From a virus, in IMG/VR virus record IMGVR_UViG_3300012971_000013, positions 1 through 40,958 of that record: a stretch of DNA of 40,958 nt; one strand, given 5' to 3'. Numbering within the stretch: the stretch's first letter is position 1; each line of letters starts with the position of its first letter. The notes under the pieces were generated by a model that worked only from the letters and a program-made list of their open reading frames with translations, made no database searches and had not been told where the DNA came from. Shown piece after piece: positions 8,923-18,090 of the stretch. Both the position numbers and the translations under genes were made by a program.

Positions 8923-10058
8923 TGGCCGACCTGTTCGACGAGAACGGCGAACTGCTCGACCTGGCCGATCCGCTCGCGAAGCAGTCGGCGCTCGCGGCGA
9001 CGGTGCGGCGCACGCCCGCGCTCGCCACGCCGTCGACCGGCATCGATGCGCCCAGGCAGGCGATCACGACGCGCACCTCGTACTCCACTGGCGGGACGCC
9101 GTCTGGAACCGCAGCACAGCTACTCGCGCAGATCAACGAGCGGATCGGCAAGCGCCCCGACGCCGAGCCGTTGATGGAGTACGCGCGGCAGCGCAGAGAG
9201 CAGGCGAATCAGAACATGGTGCTCGGGCTCACCCTCGGGGCGAAGGGTGGCTCGGCTTTCGCGCCAGCCGCGCAGCACGTTCTCACGCAGGCGCTGAAGG
9301 AAAGCGGCGACTACGAGATACCCGGCGGCTGGGGCACAGTCACGCAGAAGGGCGTCGTGTGGAACCCGGAGAAGCAGGAGCAGGCCGACCTCCAGAAGCT
9401 CGTCACGCTCTACGGCATCCAGGAGCGCGCCGAGTCGCAGCGCCAGTACCGCTCGGAGACGCAAGCTCAACGAGACGCGCAGCAGGCGCAACGCCAGGAT
9501 CAGCAGCGCTGGCGCTTCGAGGACCAGGCGCGCTCGCACTTTGACCAGGTCACCAAGGACACGCGCGACGTGCTGAACATGGGACGCGCGCTCTCGACGT
9601 TGCCACCGGATGGCAGACTGACTCCGGTGCAGCAGCAGTCGCTCATCATCATGCTGAACAAGTTCCAAGACCCCGGCTCGGTCGTGCGCGAGGGCGAGTT
9701 CAACCGCGTCGCCGAGGCGCAGGGCCTGCTCCAGAAGTGGGGCAACATCCCGGCGAAGATCGTGAGCGGGCAACCGATGCCGCCTGCCCTGGTGCGCGAC
9801 ATCCGCGCGGTGCTCGGCTTGTACACGACGGCTGCGGAGAACACGATGCGCTCGACCGGCAAGGACTACTACGAGAACGCGGAGAAGCGCGGGCTCGATC
9901 CCACGCAGGTCGTGACCGATCCGCGCTGGCACCCGCAGCGCGGCGGGCGTCCAGGCGCGAGCAGCGACCTCGGGCGCGGCACCGCTGAGTCGCCGATCAC
10001 GGTGAGACCGCGCGGCGCTGCTGCTCCACAAGGTAACGTGGTCGAGGTGCCCTACTGA
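8922..10058 (+). CDS. Internal virion / ejection-type protein
   Basis: TGATG overlap, 378 aa. Q/R-rich central coiled region. Confidence 0.5.
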   Translation: MADLFDENGELLDLADPLAKQSALAATVRRTPALATPSTGIDAPRQAITTRTSYSTGGTPSGTAAQLLAQINERIGKRPDAEPLMEYARQRREQANQNMVLGLTLGAKGGSAFAPAAQHVLTQALKESGDYEIPGGWGTVTQKGVVWNPEKQEQADLQKLVTLYGIQERAESQRQYRSETQAQRDAQQAQRQDQQRWRFEDQARSHFDQVTKDTRDVLNMGRALSTLPPDGRLTPVQQQSLIIMLNKFQDPGSVVREGEFNRVAEAQGLLQKWGNIPAKIVSGQPMPPALVRDIRAVLGLYTTAAENTMRSTGKDYYENAEKRGLDPTQVVTDPRWHPQRGGRPGASSDLGRGTAESPITVRPRGAAAPQGNVVEVPY

Positions 10059-11968
10059 TGACGATTGTCAGGACCAAGGACAACATCTACCTCGACATCG
10101 GCGACCTCGCGCCTGATGCGCCCGAGGTGCGCGAGGCTGTCGCAGCGGAGCGCGCCGGGCGTCGTCGCCGCGCGATGCAGACACCGGAAATGCAGGCGAA
10201 GGTCGAGGCGCAGCGCGCGCAGGATCGCGAGACCTACGCCCCGACTGTTGGCATGAGCCCCTACGAAAAGACGATGGCGAACATCGGCGCGGGCATGTCG
10301 AACGTCGTCGAGGGCGCGAAGCAGATCATCGGACGCGGTGGCAGCGACGAGGACATCCAGGAGAAGCGCGCCATCGACAAGCGCCTGGCTGAGAAGACCG
10401 ACCTCGGCATCGGGCCCGACTGGGCTCCGACCGCAGGCAGCGCGCTGCAGTTCGCTGGCGAGGTGGCTCCCACGCTCGCGATCCCTGCCGGTGCGGCCAC
10501 TGGCGTCGCGGGCAGGCTATTGCCGCGCGCCCTGCAGAAAATCCTCGCGAGCCCGACGGGCGCGGGGATGCTCGCAGGCGGCGCATCCGGCGCGCTGATG
10601 CCGGTGACGAGCGAGGAGTCGCGAACGTTCAACACGGGCCTGGGCGCAGCGACGGGCGGCGTGCTGCCGATGGCAGTCAAGGCGGCTCGCATGGGATACG
10701 GGCTCGCGACAGCGCCGCGTCGCGCCGCGCAGCAACTGTCCGAAGGCCTGGGCGGTGAAGCGGCGACGATCCCGGGCCAGGTGGCCGCGCGCGAAGCAGA
10801 GCGCGCGCCGCGCTCGGCGGCATCGCGCGCGATCCCCGAGTCGCTCGCCGAGGCGACGGGCAGCATCGGCGCGGCCGATCTCGAAGCGCAGAGCGCGCGC
10901 GGCGTCGCGAATCCAGACTGGGCGAACTTCAAGCGCGCTCAGAACGTGGCGCGGCACGAGGCAGTGCAGGCCGCGACCAACGAAGCCGACATGCTCGCCG
11001 CGCGCAAGGAGTCGCGCGATCTCACCGCCGACCCGCTGCGCGAGGGCGCGATGCAAGCCGCCGGGGCGGTGCCGACCAGGCAGGTGATGGCTCCGACGCT
11101 GCAGGCCGTCCAGGCGATCTCGAACTCCGCTGACATGGCGAACCCGAGCGTGCAGACCGTGGTGAAGCTCGTGACCGACGCGATGGACAAGCGCGCGCCA
11201 GGTGGCGGTCGCCCGGAGAGTCTCTACGTGGTGCGCAAGCTCCTCGCCGCGAAGCTCCACGGGCCCGCGCAGATCAACGACCCGCTGTCCGCTGCGGTGA
11301 AGGGCGCTGACGTCCAGACCGCGAAGCTGATCGACGCCATCGACCAGTCGCTCAACCAGGCAAGCGGCGGGCAGTGGCAGCGCTACCTCGAATCCTACAA
11401 GACCGCATCGCGCCCGGTCGACGCGTCGAAGGCCGCGCAACTCGCGCGCGACGTCTTCGAGCGCGAGGGCATCCCCGAGCTAGGCGGTGTGCCCGAGGTG
11501 ACGGCGACGCGCCTGGGACAGGCCAGGCGCGCCTCGGAAGGGAGCGGGCGCTTCCCGCTTGCGCTCTCCCAGCGCGCGCGCTCCGGCCTCGAAGACGTGA
11601 GCGAGCACCTCGCCCAGGCGAACGAGGTGCAGAAGGCGCGCAAGCTCGCGGGCACCGCAGGCGGCGGCTCGCAGACGTCGTTCGACGTGCTAGGCGATCT
11701 CGCGCACCGCGCGCTGCCGGTGCTCGGTGGCTGGCCGGTGCGTGCGGCTCGTGGCGCGCTCGATCTCGTGGCCGGTGGAGCGAAGGAGCAGACGCAGCGC
11801 GAGCTTGCAGCGATGCTGCAGAACCCGCAGGCGGCGGTGCGCGCGCTCCAGGAAGCGCAGCGCCTGAATCGACCACTCAGCGAAGCCGAGGCGGCGTTCC
11901 TGCAGGCGATCACGCAGACGGCGGGCGGCGGCTTGCCGCGCGCGATGCAAGCCCAACAGACGAGGTAA
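10058..11968 (+). CDS. Large internal virion / ejection-type protein with Gly/Ala-rich hydrophobic segments
   Basis: TGATG overlap, 636 aa. Segments such as ..PTLAIPAGAATGVAG.. and ..GAGMLAGGASGALMP... Lies directly before the tail fibre gene. Confidence 0.5.
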   Translation: MTIVRTKDNIYLDIGDLAPDAPEVREAVAAERAGRRRRAMQTPEMQAKVEAQRAQDRETYAPTVGMSPYEKTMANIGAGMSNVVEGAKQIIGRGGSDEDIQEKRAIDKRLAEKTDLGIGPDWAPTAGSALQFAGEVAPTLAIPAGAATGVAGRLLPRALQKILASPTGAGMLAGGASGALMPVTSEESRTFNTGLGAATGGVLPMAVKAARMGYGLATAPRRAAQQLSEGLGGEAATIPGQVAAREAERAPRSAASRAIPESLAEATGSIGAADLEAQSARGVANPDWANFKRAQNVARHEAVQAATNEADMLAARKESRDLTADPLREGAMQAAGAVPTRQVMAPTLQAVQAISNSADMANPSVQTVVKLVTDAMDKRAPGGGRPESLYVVRKLLAAKLHGPAQINDPLSAAVKGADVQTAKLIDAIDQSLNQASGGQWQRYLESYKTASRPVDASKAAQLARDVFEREGIPELGGVPEVTATRLGQARRASEGSGRFPLALSQRARSGLEDVSEHLAQANEVQKARKLAGTAGGGSQTSFDVLGDLAHRALPVLGGWPVRAARGALDLVAGGAKEQTQRELAAMLQNPQAAVRALQEAQRLNRPLSEAEAAFLQAITQTAGGGLPRAMQAQQTR

Positions 11969-11972
11969 GACC

Positions 11973-13286
11973 ATGCCACGCGACGGCTCTGGAAATTACA
12001 CGCTGCCACCGGGCAACCCGGTCGTCGGCCACGAGACCATCGAGGCCAACTGGGCGAACACCACGATGGCCGACGTCGAGGCGGCGCTCACCGACTCGCT
12101 CTCGCGCAATGGCAACGGCGGCATGCTCGTGCCGTTCAGGTTCAGCGATGGCTCGGTCGGCGCTCCTGGACTGACGTTCGCCAACGAGCCGACGACCGGC
12201 TTCTATCGGCACGGGCTCAACGATGTGCGCTGGTCGGTCGGCGCGCAGGACATCATCTACCTCACGCCGAGCGGGCTCACGGTAGCCCCGGGGAAATCGA
12301 TCATCGGGGCGCTGTTCTCCGGCGTCACCGTCAGCAGCGGCAACATCGACAACACCGTGATCGGCGGCACGACGCCTGCGGCGGGCACGTTCACCTCAGT
12401 GCGGGCGACCGGCGGCGTCGCTCCAGGTGTCGCGCGGAGCGGCGCTTACCTGTGGGGTGATGCGAACAACGGCATGCTTGACCTGATTAGCTCGACGGCA
12501 TCAGCCGACGGGAAGTGCTGGCAGTTCAGCGCGAGCAACTCGGGGCTTACCGGCGGGCTCGTCAAGGACGACATGAGCACGCAGAACACCTGGCTCGCCG
12601 TCCAGCACAGCGGCAACACCGTCACCGAGATCGATCTCACCGCGCCGACGCTCAAGGTCAACGGCAACCTGCAGGTGACCGGCTCGATCAGCAGCGTCGG
12701 TGCGATCCCCATGGGCGCGATGATGTACTTCATCATCGTGCCTCCTGGGTGGCTCGAAATGAAGGGGCAACTGCTGGCGTCGTCGGTCGCGTATCCCGAA
12801 CTCTTCGCGTGGGTCCAGGCGAATGCGGGCTCGCTCGTCGTCGCGCAAGCGGCGTACAACGCGGGGCAGCAGGGCTTCTTCTGCTACCAGGGCGACAACA
12901 TCGCCAACGGCATCGTGCTCCCCGACCATCGCGGGACGTTCCCTCGTGCCTTCGACAACGGTCGCGGATTCGACGCCGGGCGCAACCTATGCAGCCTCCA
13001 GGACTGGGCCGAGGCGAATCACAGTCACACGTTCACCGATCCTGGTCACGACCACTGGATCGTTGCGGACCACACGAAGATGACCACGAGCGGCGGAAGC
13101 TCGGACCTGGGCACGCCCGGCAGCGGCGGCACGAACTCGCAGATTTACAACCCGAGCGACCACGTCCAGAGCAACACGACGGGCGCGAGCGTCGGCTTCA
13201 TCAGCGGCTTCGCCGGGGCGAACCTGGCCGGTGAGGTCCGGGTCAAGAACTACGCGTTGCGCTTCTGCCTGTACACCGTGCGATGA
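11973..13286 (+). CDS. Tail fibre with C-terminal phage tail-collar domain
   Basis: N-terminus MPRDGSGNYTLPPGNPVV..TIEA..WANTTM.D.. is typical of phage fibres. The C-terminal ..PPGWLEMKGQLL....YPELFAW......LPDHRGTFPRA.. matches the tail-collar pattern. Confidence 0.8.
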   Translation: MPRDGSGNYTLPPGNPVVGHETIEANWANTTMADVEAALTDSLSRNGNGGMLVPFRFSDGSVGAPGLTFANEPTTGFYRHGLNDVRWSVGAQDIIYLTPSGLTVAPGKSIIGALFSGVTVSSGNIDNTVIGGTTPAAGTFTSVRATGGVAPGVARSGAYLWGDANNGMLDLISSTASADGKCWQFSASNSGLTGGLVKDDMSTQNTWLAVQHSGNTVTEIDLTAPTLKVNGNLQVTGSISSVGAIPMGAMMYFIIVPPGWLEMKGQLLASSVAYPELFAWVQANAGSLVVAQAAYNAGQQGFFCYQGDNIANGIVLPDHRGTFPRAFDNGRGFDAGRNLCSLQDWAEANHSHTFTDPGHDHWIVADHTKMTTSGGSSDLGTPGSGGTNSQIYNPSDHVQSNTTGASVGFISGFAGANLAGEVRVKNYALRFCLYTVR

Positions 13287-13459
13287 CCGAGATCGAACTG
13301 AAGGCCGTTGCTTCGGAGCTTGTGATTCAGCGCAACTCGATGGCCGACAGAGCGCTCACCTTCGCCGCGCAGCTTGCGACCGCGAACGCCAGGATCGCGG
13401 AGCTTGAGAAGCAGTTAGCTGCGAAGGCTGAGAACGTAGTGGAAATGCCGAGCCGTTGA
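13283..13459 (+). CDS. Small coiled-coil protein (possible fibre accessory)
   Basis: ATGA overlap with the fibre stop. 58 aa (below the ORF-track cutoff). Contains ..ARIAELEKQLAAKAE... Confidence 0.35.
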   Translation: MTEIELKAVASELVIQRNSMADRALTFAAQLATANARIAELEKQLAAKAENVVEMPSR

Positions 13460-13462
13460 GGG

Positions 13463-13756
13463 TTACGCGATCCGCCAGCAGCGCGCGCGGCCCTTCTCGG
13501 GTTCGTTCATGCGGATCGTGAACTTCATGGTCTTCCCGTTCTCGCGCACCCTAGCGATGGCGTTGCGTACGCGACCCTGCTCCTTCGCCGGGAACGCGAA
13601 GCACTGCCCGACCTTCATCTTCTTGAGCGGGTAGACGTTGAGCGGGATCGACGTTGGCGGGATCGGTACGCCGGAGACGATCTTGTAGCGGCGCGCGTCG
13701 GTCAACGCGAGAGGCGCAGCGGTGTGCTTCGGCTTCTTCCATCCCTTGGGTGGCAT
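13463..13756 (-). CDS. Hypothetical basic protein (accessory island gene 3)
   Basis: TGATG coupling with the upstream gene and a GGGAGGA RBS. 97 aa. Lower GC than the structural genes. Confidence 0.55.
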   Translation of the reverse strand: MPPKGWKKPKHTAAPLALTDARRYKIVSGVPIPPTSIPLNVYPLKKMKVGQCFAFPAKEQGRVRNAIARVRENGKTMKFTIRMNEPEKGRARCWRIA

Positions 13757-14298
13757 CAGCGTCCTCCCTTGAGTAGCTGCATCAATCGCTGCGCGACGAG
13801 CTTTCGCTGCTTCTTCAGGCCATCAACTCCGGCGAGCTTCTTGTCGAGCAACCCGATGCGAGTCGCGAGGGCCTGGACGCTGTTCATGTCGGGCATTTCA
13901 GTGATCGGCACGTAGCCCATCCTCTTCTTCTTCTCCGGTCGAGGTGGCAGCGAGTCGGCGCGTACTGATCCTGCCGTCGCGCCGATTGGCGGGAGCCCGA
14001 GCCGCTTCACCGCGTTCGTGTAGACGGATCGCTTGAGCCCGATGCGCTTGGTTGCGCGCTCGATGCTCTCGCCCCTCTGAACGAGTGAATGCACGCGCTT
14101 CGCTAGTTGTTCAACCTTCTCGCTGCTTCTTCTCATCAGTACTCCCGCTGGTTTGTTGTTGTGCCATTGAGTGTCACCGAGGCCTACCTGATCGAGCGCC
14201 TCCCTGAGAGTCACGCCACCCTGCTTGATGAGCCGCGCTACCTTGTCGACACGTTGGAGGACGTCTTCGTGACTGCGCGGCGCTTTACGTTTCTTCAA
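13756..14298 (-). CDS. DNA-binding protein with two HTH-like segments (accessory island gene 2)
   Basis: 180 aa. Contains ..GGVTLREALDQVGLGDTQW.. and ..GESIERATKRIGLKRSVYTNAVKRLG... The start is TTG at 14298 and is uncertain. Confidence 0.5.
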   Translation of the reverse strand: MKKRKAPRSHEDVLQRVDKVARLIKQGGVTLREALDQVGLGDTQWHNNKPAGVLMRRSSEKVEQLAKRVHSLVQRGESIERATKRIGLKRSVYTNAVKRLGLPPIGATAGSVRADSLPPRPEKKKRMGYVPITEMPDMNSVQALATRIGLLDKKLAGVDGLKKQRKLVAQRLMQLLKGGR

Positions 14299-14584
14299 GG
14301 TGATGGTTGCTGCGCCAGAATTCGATCTGCTGTCCGCGTCTGGTGTACTGGCCGCGCAGGCCTCCGTTGCGGATGTCGAAGACCTCGAAGACGGTGTCGG
14401 TGGTTGACCAGGCTGCTTCGCACAGGGCCCGCATGTGCGCGTGTCGGAGGTTTTTGAAGAAGGCCCAGTTGACCTGCGTTTTCTCTCTACTGTTCCACAA
14501 TCGAAAGGGTCGCTTGATCTCGTCTTCTGGTCGCTCGTCGATGGGGAAGTCGCGCAGCGGTGTGACCACTCTCAGGGGTTGCAT
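14285..14584 (-). CDS. Hypothetical protein (accessory island gene 1)
   Basis: ATG 14584 lies 7 nt after AGGAGG; the track's 14611 start lacks an RBS. 99 aa. Confidence 0.5.
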   Translation of the reverse strand: MQPLRVVTPLRDFPIDERPEDEIKRPFRLWNSREKTQVNWAFFKNLRHAHMRALCEAAWSTTDTVFEVFDIRNGGLRGQYTRRGQQIEFWRSNHHLEET

Positions 14585-14611
14585 TGCCTCGCCTCCTGTG
14601 CGGTTGGACAC

Positions 14612-14944
14612 AGCTAGATTACCTTGGCATACTCTCGGGCGCTACCTGGGGCTGCTAGCGCGGGCTAGCGCACAGACGCGGGGGGGGTGTGCAAATTCCC
14701 GTGTATGACCCCAGGTGCTCCCATAGCAAACAAGCACTTAGCGTCTCACCATGTTATAGGGAACGTATCTGTGTAGCCGTAGCTTGCATTCCACGTTTAG
14801 CTCATGTAAATTGAGACTTACGCGGTGGGATCAAGTAGTTAGGACCACCCAGGAAACACCAGGATGAGTGATGATGCAGCACAGTGAAGCTAGATTATCA
14901 CGGAGTCTCGGTGTATATACGCAACCCAACCAGGAGAACACGAA
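14612..14944. other. AT-richer non-coding region next to int: candidate attP plus promoters
   Basis: Largest non-coding stretch, visibly lower GC, adjacent to the integrase. 10-bp direct repeat AGCTAGATTA at 14612-14621 and 14888-14897. GCTAGCGC occurs twice at about 14655-14671. Confidence 0.45.
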
Positions 14945-16150
14945 GTGGACATGACCGAAGGATTCAAGGCAGTTGAGGAAGCTCTGAAGGGCAAGAAGAT
15001 GCTCGGCAAGACCGTCGCGAACGTCGACGGCGTGCGCGCGTACAGGACGGCGAAGGGCATTCGCTACCAGGCGCAGGTGCGCGTCGCCGGTCGCAAGGCG
15101 ATCAGCAAATCGTTCGAGACGCGCGAGGACGCGAAGGCCTGGCGCAAGATCGAACTGGCGCGCAAGCCCGACGTCATCGTCGAGCAGGCGGGCCCGGGCG
15201 GGATGACCATGCCGGAGTTGTTCGCCGCGTACATCGCGCAGCGCGACGCGTCGCCGAACCCGCTCCCCGCTGGGCAGCGCATGCAGTTCGCTCGCCTCTC
15301 GGCGCACCCCGTGCTCGCGAACCTGCTCGTGTCCGACATGGACGTCGCGAAGGCGCGCGAGTACTGCACCGCGCGCGTGACCGGCCAGTACAGCGCGAAG
15401 GTGCACTCGTCGACCGTCATGAGCGAGTTCGTTCGCATCAGCATCGCGCTGCAGCGCGTGGGCGCGCGCAGGAACTGGGCGCAGAAGGTCAACAACGTGC
15501 TCATCCCGTTCAACCCGCTCGTCGGCGCGATGGACATCCTGCGTGAGGACGGCCTGGTCTCCGACAGCAACAGGCGCAAGCGTCGCCCGAACGTCGACGA
15601 GTTGAACCGCGTGCTCGACTACTTCAGGGGCGAGCAGTACGCGAAGCGCAACTGCGCGAAGCTCCCGATGGGCGACATCGTCGCGCTCGCCACGATCAAC
15701 GCGTTCCGGCGCGGCGAGATCGTCCGCATGCAGTGGTCGAAGCTGAAGGACGGCATCATCGCGCTCGACCGCAAGGACAGCGACTCCGAGGGCGGCAGGC
15801 GCGACACCCTGGTGCCGGTGCTGGACATGGCGATGGAGATCATTGCCCGCCAGCCGCGCGTCGAGGGCGAAGACCGCATCTTCCCGTTCGCTGCCGACAC
15901 CATCGGCCAGCACTGGCAAGAGGCGTGCGACGCGCTCGGCATCAAAGACCTGCGCTTCCACGACCTGCGCCACGAGGCGATCTCAACCATCGCGCTCGTG
16001 CTCGGGCAGACCGAAGCGATGCAGATCAGCGGGCACAAGACCCCGAAGGCGTTCATGATCTACGTGCAGCACGACGAAGACGCGAAGGCGATCTCGAAGA
16101 AGGCCTCCGCTGCGATCAAGCTGAAGACGGCGTCGCTCGTCGCAGTGTAG
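14945..16150 (+). CDS. int: Tyrosine recombinase / phage integrase
   Basis: 401 aa. Catalytic-type motifs ..NAFRRGEI.., ..LRFHDLRHEAIS.. and ..GHKTPKAFMIYVQ.. (R, HxxR, H..Y). GTG 14945 is 7 nt after AGGAGA; ATG 14951 is an alternative start. Confidence 0.93.
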   Translation: MDMTEGFKAVEEALKGKKMLGKTVANVDGVRAYRTAKGIRYQAQVRVAGRKAISKSFETREDAKAWRKIELARKPDVIVEQAGPGGMTMPELFAAYIAQRDASPNPLPAGQRMQFARLSAHPVLANLLVSDMDVAKAREYCTARVTGQYSAKVHSSTVMSEFVRISIALQRVGARRNWAQKVNNVLIPFNPLVGAMDILREDGLVSDSNRRKRRPNVDELNRVLDYFRGEQYAKRNCAKLPMGDIVALATINAFRRGEIVRMQWSKLKDGIIALDRKDSDSEGGRRDTLVPVLDMAMEIIARQPRVEGEDRIFPFAADTIGQHWQEACDALGIKDLRFHDLRHEAISTIALVLGQTEAMQISGHKTPKAFMIYVQHDEDAKAISKKASAAIKLKTASLVAV

Positions 16151-16169
16151 TCGAGCACTCCTCGACCAG

Positions 16170-16198
16170 GCCCGGGCTCATCCCCCGGGCTTTTTTTT
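16170..16198 (+). terminator. Rho-independent terminator after int (overlaps the xis 3' end)
   Basis: gcccggg-ctcatcc-cccgggc followed by T8. Confidence 0.75.
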
Positions 16199-16411
16199 CG
16201 CCTGCTCATCCATCGCGTCGAGGTAGTCGGCGACCGCCTCGTAGCTCGCGAAGCGCCGCTTGCCTTCCTTGTACGTGCGGATCGGCAGCGAGCCGTCGGC
16301 GATCATGTTGTAGACCGTGCCGTGCGCGAGGTTGAGCACCTCGGCGACCTGCTCCATGGTCAGGCGCAGGCCCCAGCGGTCGACGATCATCGCGCGCGTG
16401 GCGAGCTTCAT
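16178..16411 (-). CDS. xis: Excisionase-family (MerR/AlpA-like) HTH protein
   Basis: 77 aa. ..LTMEQVAEVLNLAHGTVYNMIADGSLP.. fits the excisionase-type HTH. Convergent with and adjacent to int. Confidence 0.7.
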   Translation of the reverse strand: MKLATRAMIVDRWGLRLTMEQVAEVLNLAHGTVYNMIADGSLPIRTYKEGKRRFASYEAVADYLDAMDEQAKKKPGG

Positions 16412-17508
16412 CCGATGCGCTCCCGCGCGCTATCGAGGTGTTCCTGGGCGATGACCATTTCGTCCTCGTCGACGATGTGCGTGGCGATCTGCGCGGCCCG
16501 GTCGACGTCCTCCTTGCTCGCTGCTGCCTTGGCGAAGCGCACGACGTCGCGCAGCGCCTCGGACACCGGCTCCTGGGTGACCTGGGGCTCGGGCGGCGGC
16601 GGTGTTGCCTCGGGCTCCTTCTTGGCCTGCAAGCGCTGGCGCACCTGGGCTCGGGGTGAGGGCGAGGGCCCGGCGACCGGCTCCGAGGCGCTCTGCGGCC
16701 CGCCTGGCGAGGCTGCGGGCCCTTCCTGCGGCTTCCCGAGGTCGAACCAATCCCCGGCCTGGCTCATGCCGTCCCGCAGGCTGGTGAAGATTTTGCCTAG
16801 CTGGACCATCATCCCGGGGGTGATCGCCTCCAGGCGGCGCTGCAGGCGCTTCTCGATGGCTCCCTTGGTCACGCCGTAGTCGGCGAACTCGGCGAGCAGG
16901 TTCTGCAGGCGCTCGGGGGTCACCTCGACCTTGGTGACCAGGGTCTTCTCGCACTGCTTCAGCGCGGCCTCGACGACGTCGCTCGGCACCACGCGCAGGA
17001 TGCAGGCGCGCAGCCGCCGCGACGCGGCGTTGGCGATGTGCTCGTAGATGTCGCGCGGGTCGTGCAGCGTCTTCTTGCTGCCGCCCGCTTGGCGCTCGTG
17101 CACGACGTCGAAGACGATCTGGCTGCGCGTGCCGGTCTGCATGTCCCAGGCGAAGCTCTGCACCTTGGTCACACCGGGCCGCTCTTCGAGCACGCGCCAG
17201 CCGAAGTCGATGTGCCCCCAGTACTGGGCGATGCACTCGGCCAGGCGGATCGACGGGCCCCGGATGTCGGTGCCGCCGCGCGCGTACTCGTAGAGCGCGC
17301 CCTCGGCCAAACTCGGGCGCGTGCAGGCCTGCAGGATGCGATCCACGATCACCACCTCGTCACGCGGGAAGCGACGCGCCATCACCATCGCGCTCTGCAC
17401 CTCGGCGATCTCACGCGCCGATCCGGTCACCGCTGCCAGGTCACCGCCTGGTCTCGCGACGACCGGCGCGGTGGCGAACGGATTCGCGACTTGCTGTTGC
17501 TCGCTCAT
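16408..17508 (-). CDS. Single-strand annealing protein (RecT/Redbeta-type, Rad52-like superfamily) with Pro/Ala/Glu-rich linker and C-terminal tail
   Basis: 366 aa, in the same operon as the YqaJ exonuclease. Conserved-looking core ..GPSIRLAECIAQYWGHIDFG..FAWDMQTGTR..RDIYEHIAN..RRLRACIL... Family assigned from memory, not searched. Confidence 0.55.
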   Translation of the reverse strand: MSEQQQVANPFATAPVVARPGGDLAAVTGSAREIAEVQSAMVMARRFPRDEVVIVDRILQACTRPSLAEGALYEYARGGTDIRGPSIRLAECIAQYWGHIDFGWRVLEERPGVTKVQSFAWDMQTGTRSQIVFDVVHERQAGGSKKTLHDPRDIYEHIANAASRRLRACILRVVPSDVVEAALKQCEKTLVTKVEVTPERLQNLLAEFADYGVTKGAIEKRLQRRLEAITPGMMVQLGKIFTSLRDGMSQAGDWFDLGKPQEGPAASPGGPQSASEPVAGPSPSPRAQVRQRLQAKKEPEATPPPPEPQVTQEPVSEALRDVVRFAKAAASKEDVDRAAQIATHIVDEDEMVIAQEHLDSARERIG

Positions 17509-18089
17509 TGGACCTGCTCCTTCTCGCTGACTTCAACTCCCCTCAGACCCAGGTGCGCGACCGCGTAGCGCAGGTGCGCGCCGACGAGCTTGGGCTTCGA
17601 TGATCGCGAGCCGTCGTACTGGCCCCTGCCGGTGCGCGTCGTGCCGAACCTGATCCGCATCGGGTGCAATCGAATCGTGCGCGGGCCCTGCTCGATCAGT
17701 TGCCGCAGGAGCTTCCGCTGTCCGCCTGGGCTGTCGTTCAACTTGCCGATGCCATCGTTGTGCGTGTAGCAGTAACACTCGCTTGGCATGCCGCGCGCGT
17801 CGACTTTCGAGACGGCGTAGCAGCGCGTGTAGGTCCAGTCGCAGTAGCCCCTGAACGTGTGCGGGAAGATCGCGGCGTTCGCCTCGACGCACTTCGTCAT
17901 CGCGCACGTCATCGTGTTGCCGACGCCGTGATCCTTGATCGACTCCTTGACGTGGTCGGCGGTGAGAACGAGATCGACAACCTCGCGACCTGGTCGCACC
18001 TTCGCGAGCGCCTTGAAGATTCGACCCTTGCCGAGGGAGAAGAGGAACGTGTGCCGCTGGTGCTTGCCTCGCTTCGAGCGGTGACTCAT
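17505..18089 (-). CDS. Cys-rich basic protein of unknown function inside the recombination module
   Basis: ATGA coupling on its downstream side with the annealase; 1-nt gap from the exonuclease. 194 aa, 10 Cys (..TMTCAMTKC..YCDWTYTRCY..SECYCYTH..). Confidence 0.6.
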   Translation of the reverse strand: MSHRSKRGKHQRHTFLFSLGKGRIFKALAKVRPGREVVDLVLTADHVKESIKDHGVGNTMTCAMTKCVEANAAIFPHTFRGYCDWTYTRCYAVSKVDARGMPSECYCYTHNDGIGKLNDSPGGQRKLLRQLIEQGPRTIRLHPMRIRFGTTRTGRGQYDGSRSSKPKLVGAHLRYAVAHLGLRGVEVSEKEQVQ

Positions 18090-18090
18090 G

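Noticed and set aside
7111-11968. Lytic transglycosylase domain in the internal-virion-type proteins (as in T7 gp16)
   Set aside because: No lysozyme-like or transglycosylase catalytic-Glu motif could be recognised by eye. Left as unknown rather than called.
11973-13286. Diversity-generating retroelement near the tail fibre (expected in some related GC-rich podoviruses)
   Set aside because: No reverse-transcriptase-like ORF (no YxDD-type motif seen) anywhere in the circle. I noticed no template/variable repeat pair matching the fibre 3' end. The fibre ends in a tail-collar domain, not a C-type-lectin variable region.
14612-14944. tRNA or tRNA fragment in the att-like region (and in other intergenic gaps)
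   Set aside because: No cloverleaf-compatible stems or T-loop consensus were visible by eye. Not excluded without tRNAscan-type software.
14831-15973. 380-aa ORF on the - strand overlapping int
   Set aside because: The + strand frame encodes a full tyrosine recombinase with catalytic motifs. The antisense product is Arg/Ala/Val/Asp low-complexity sequence.
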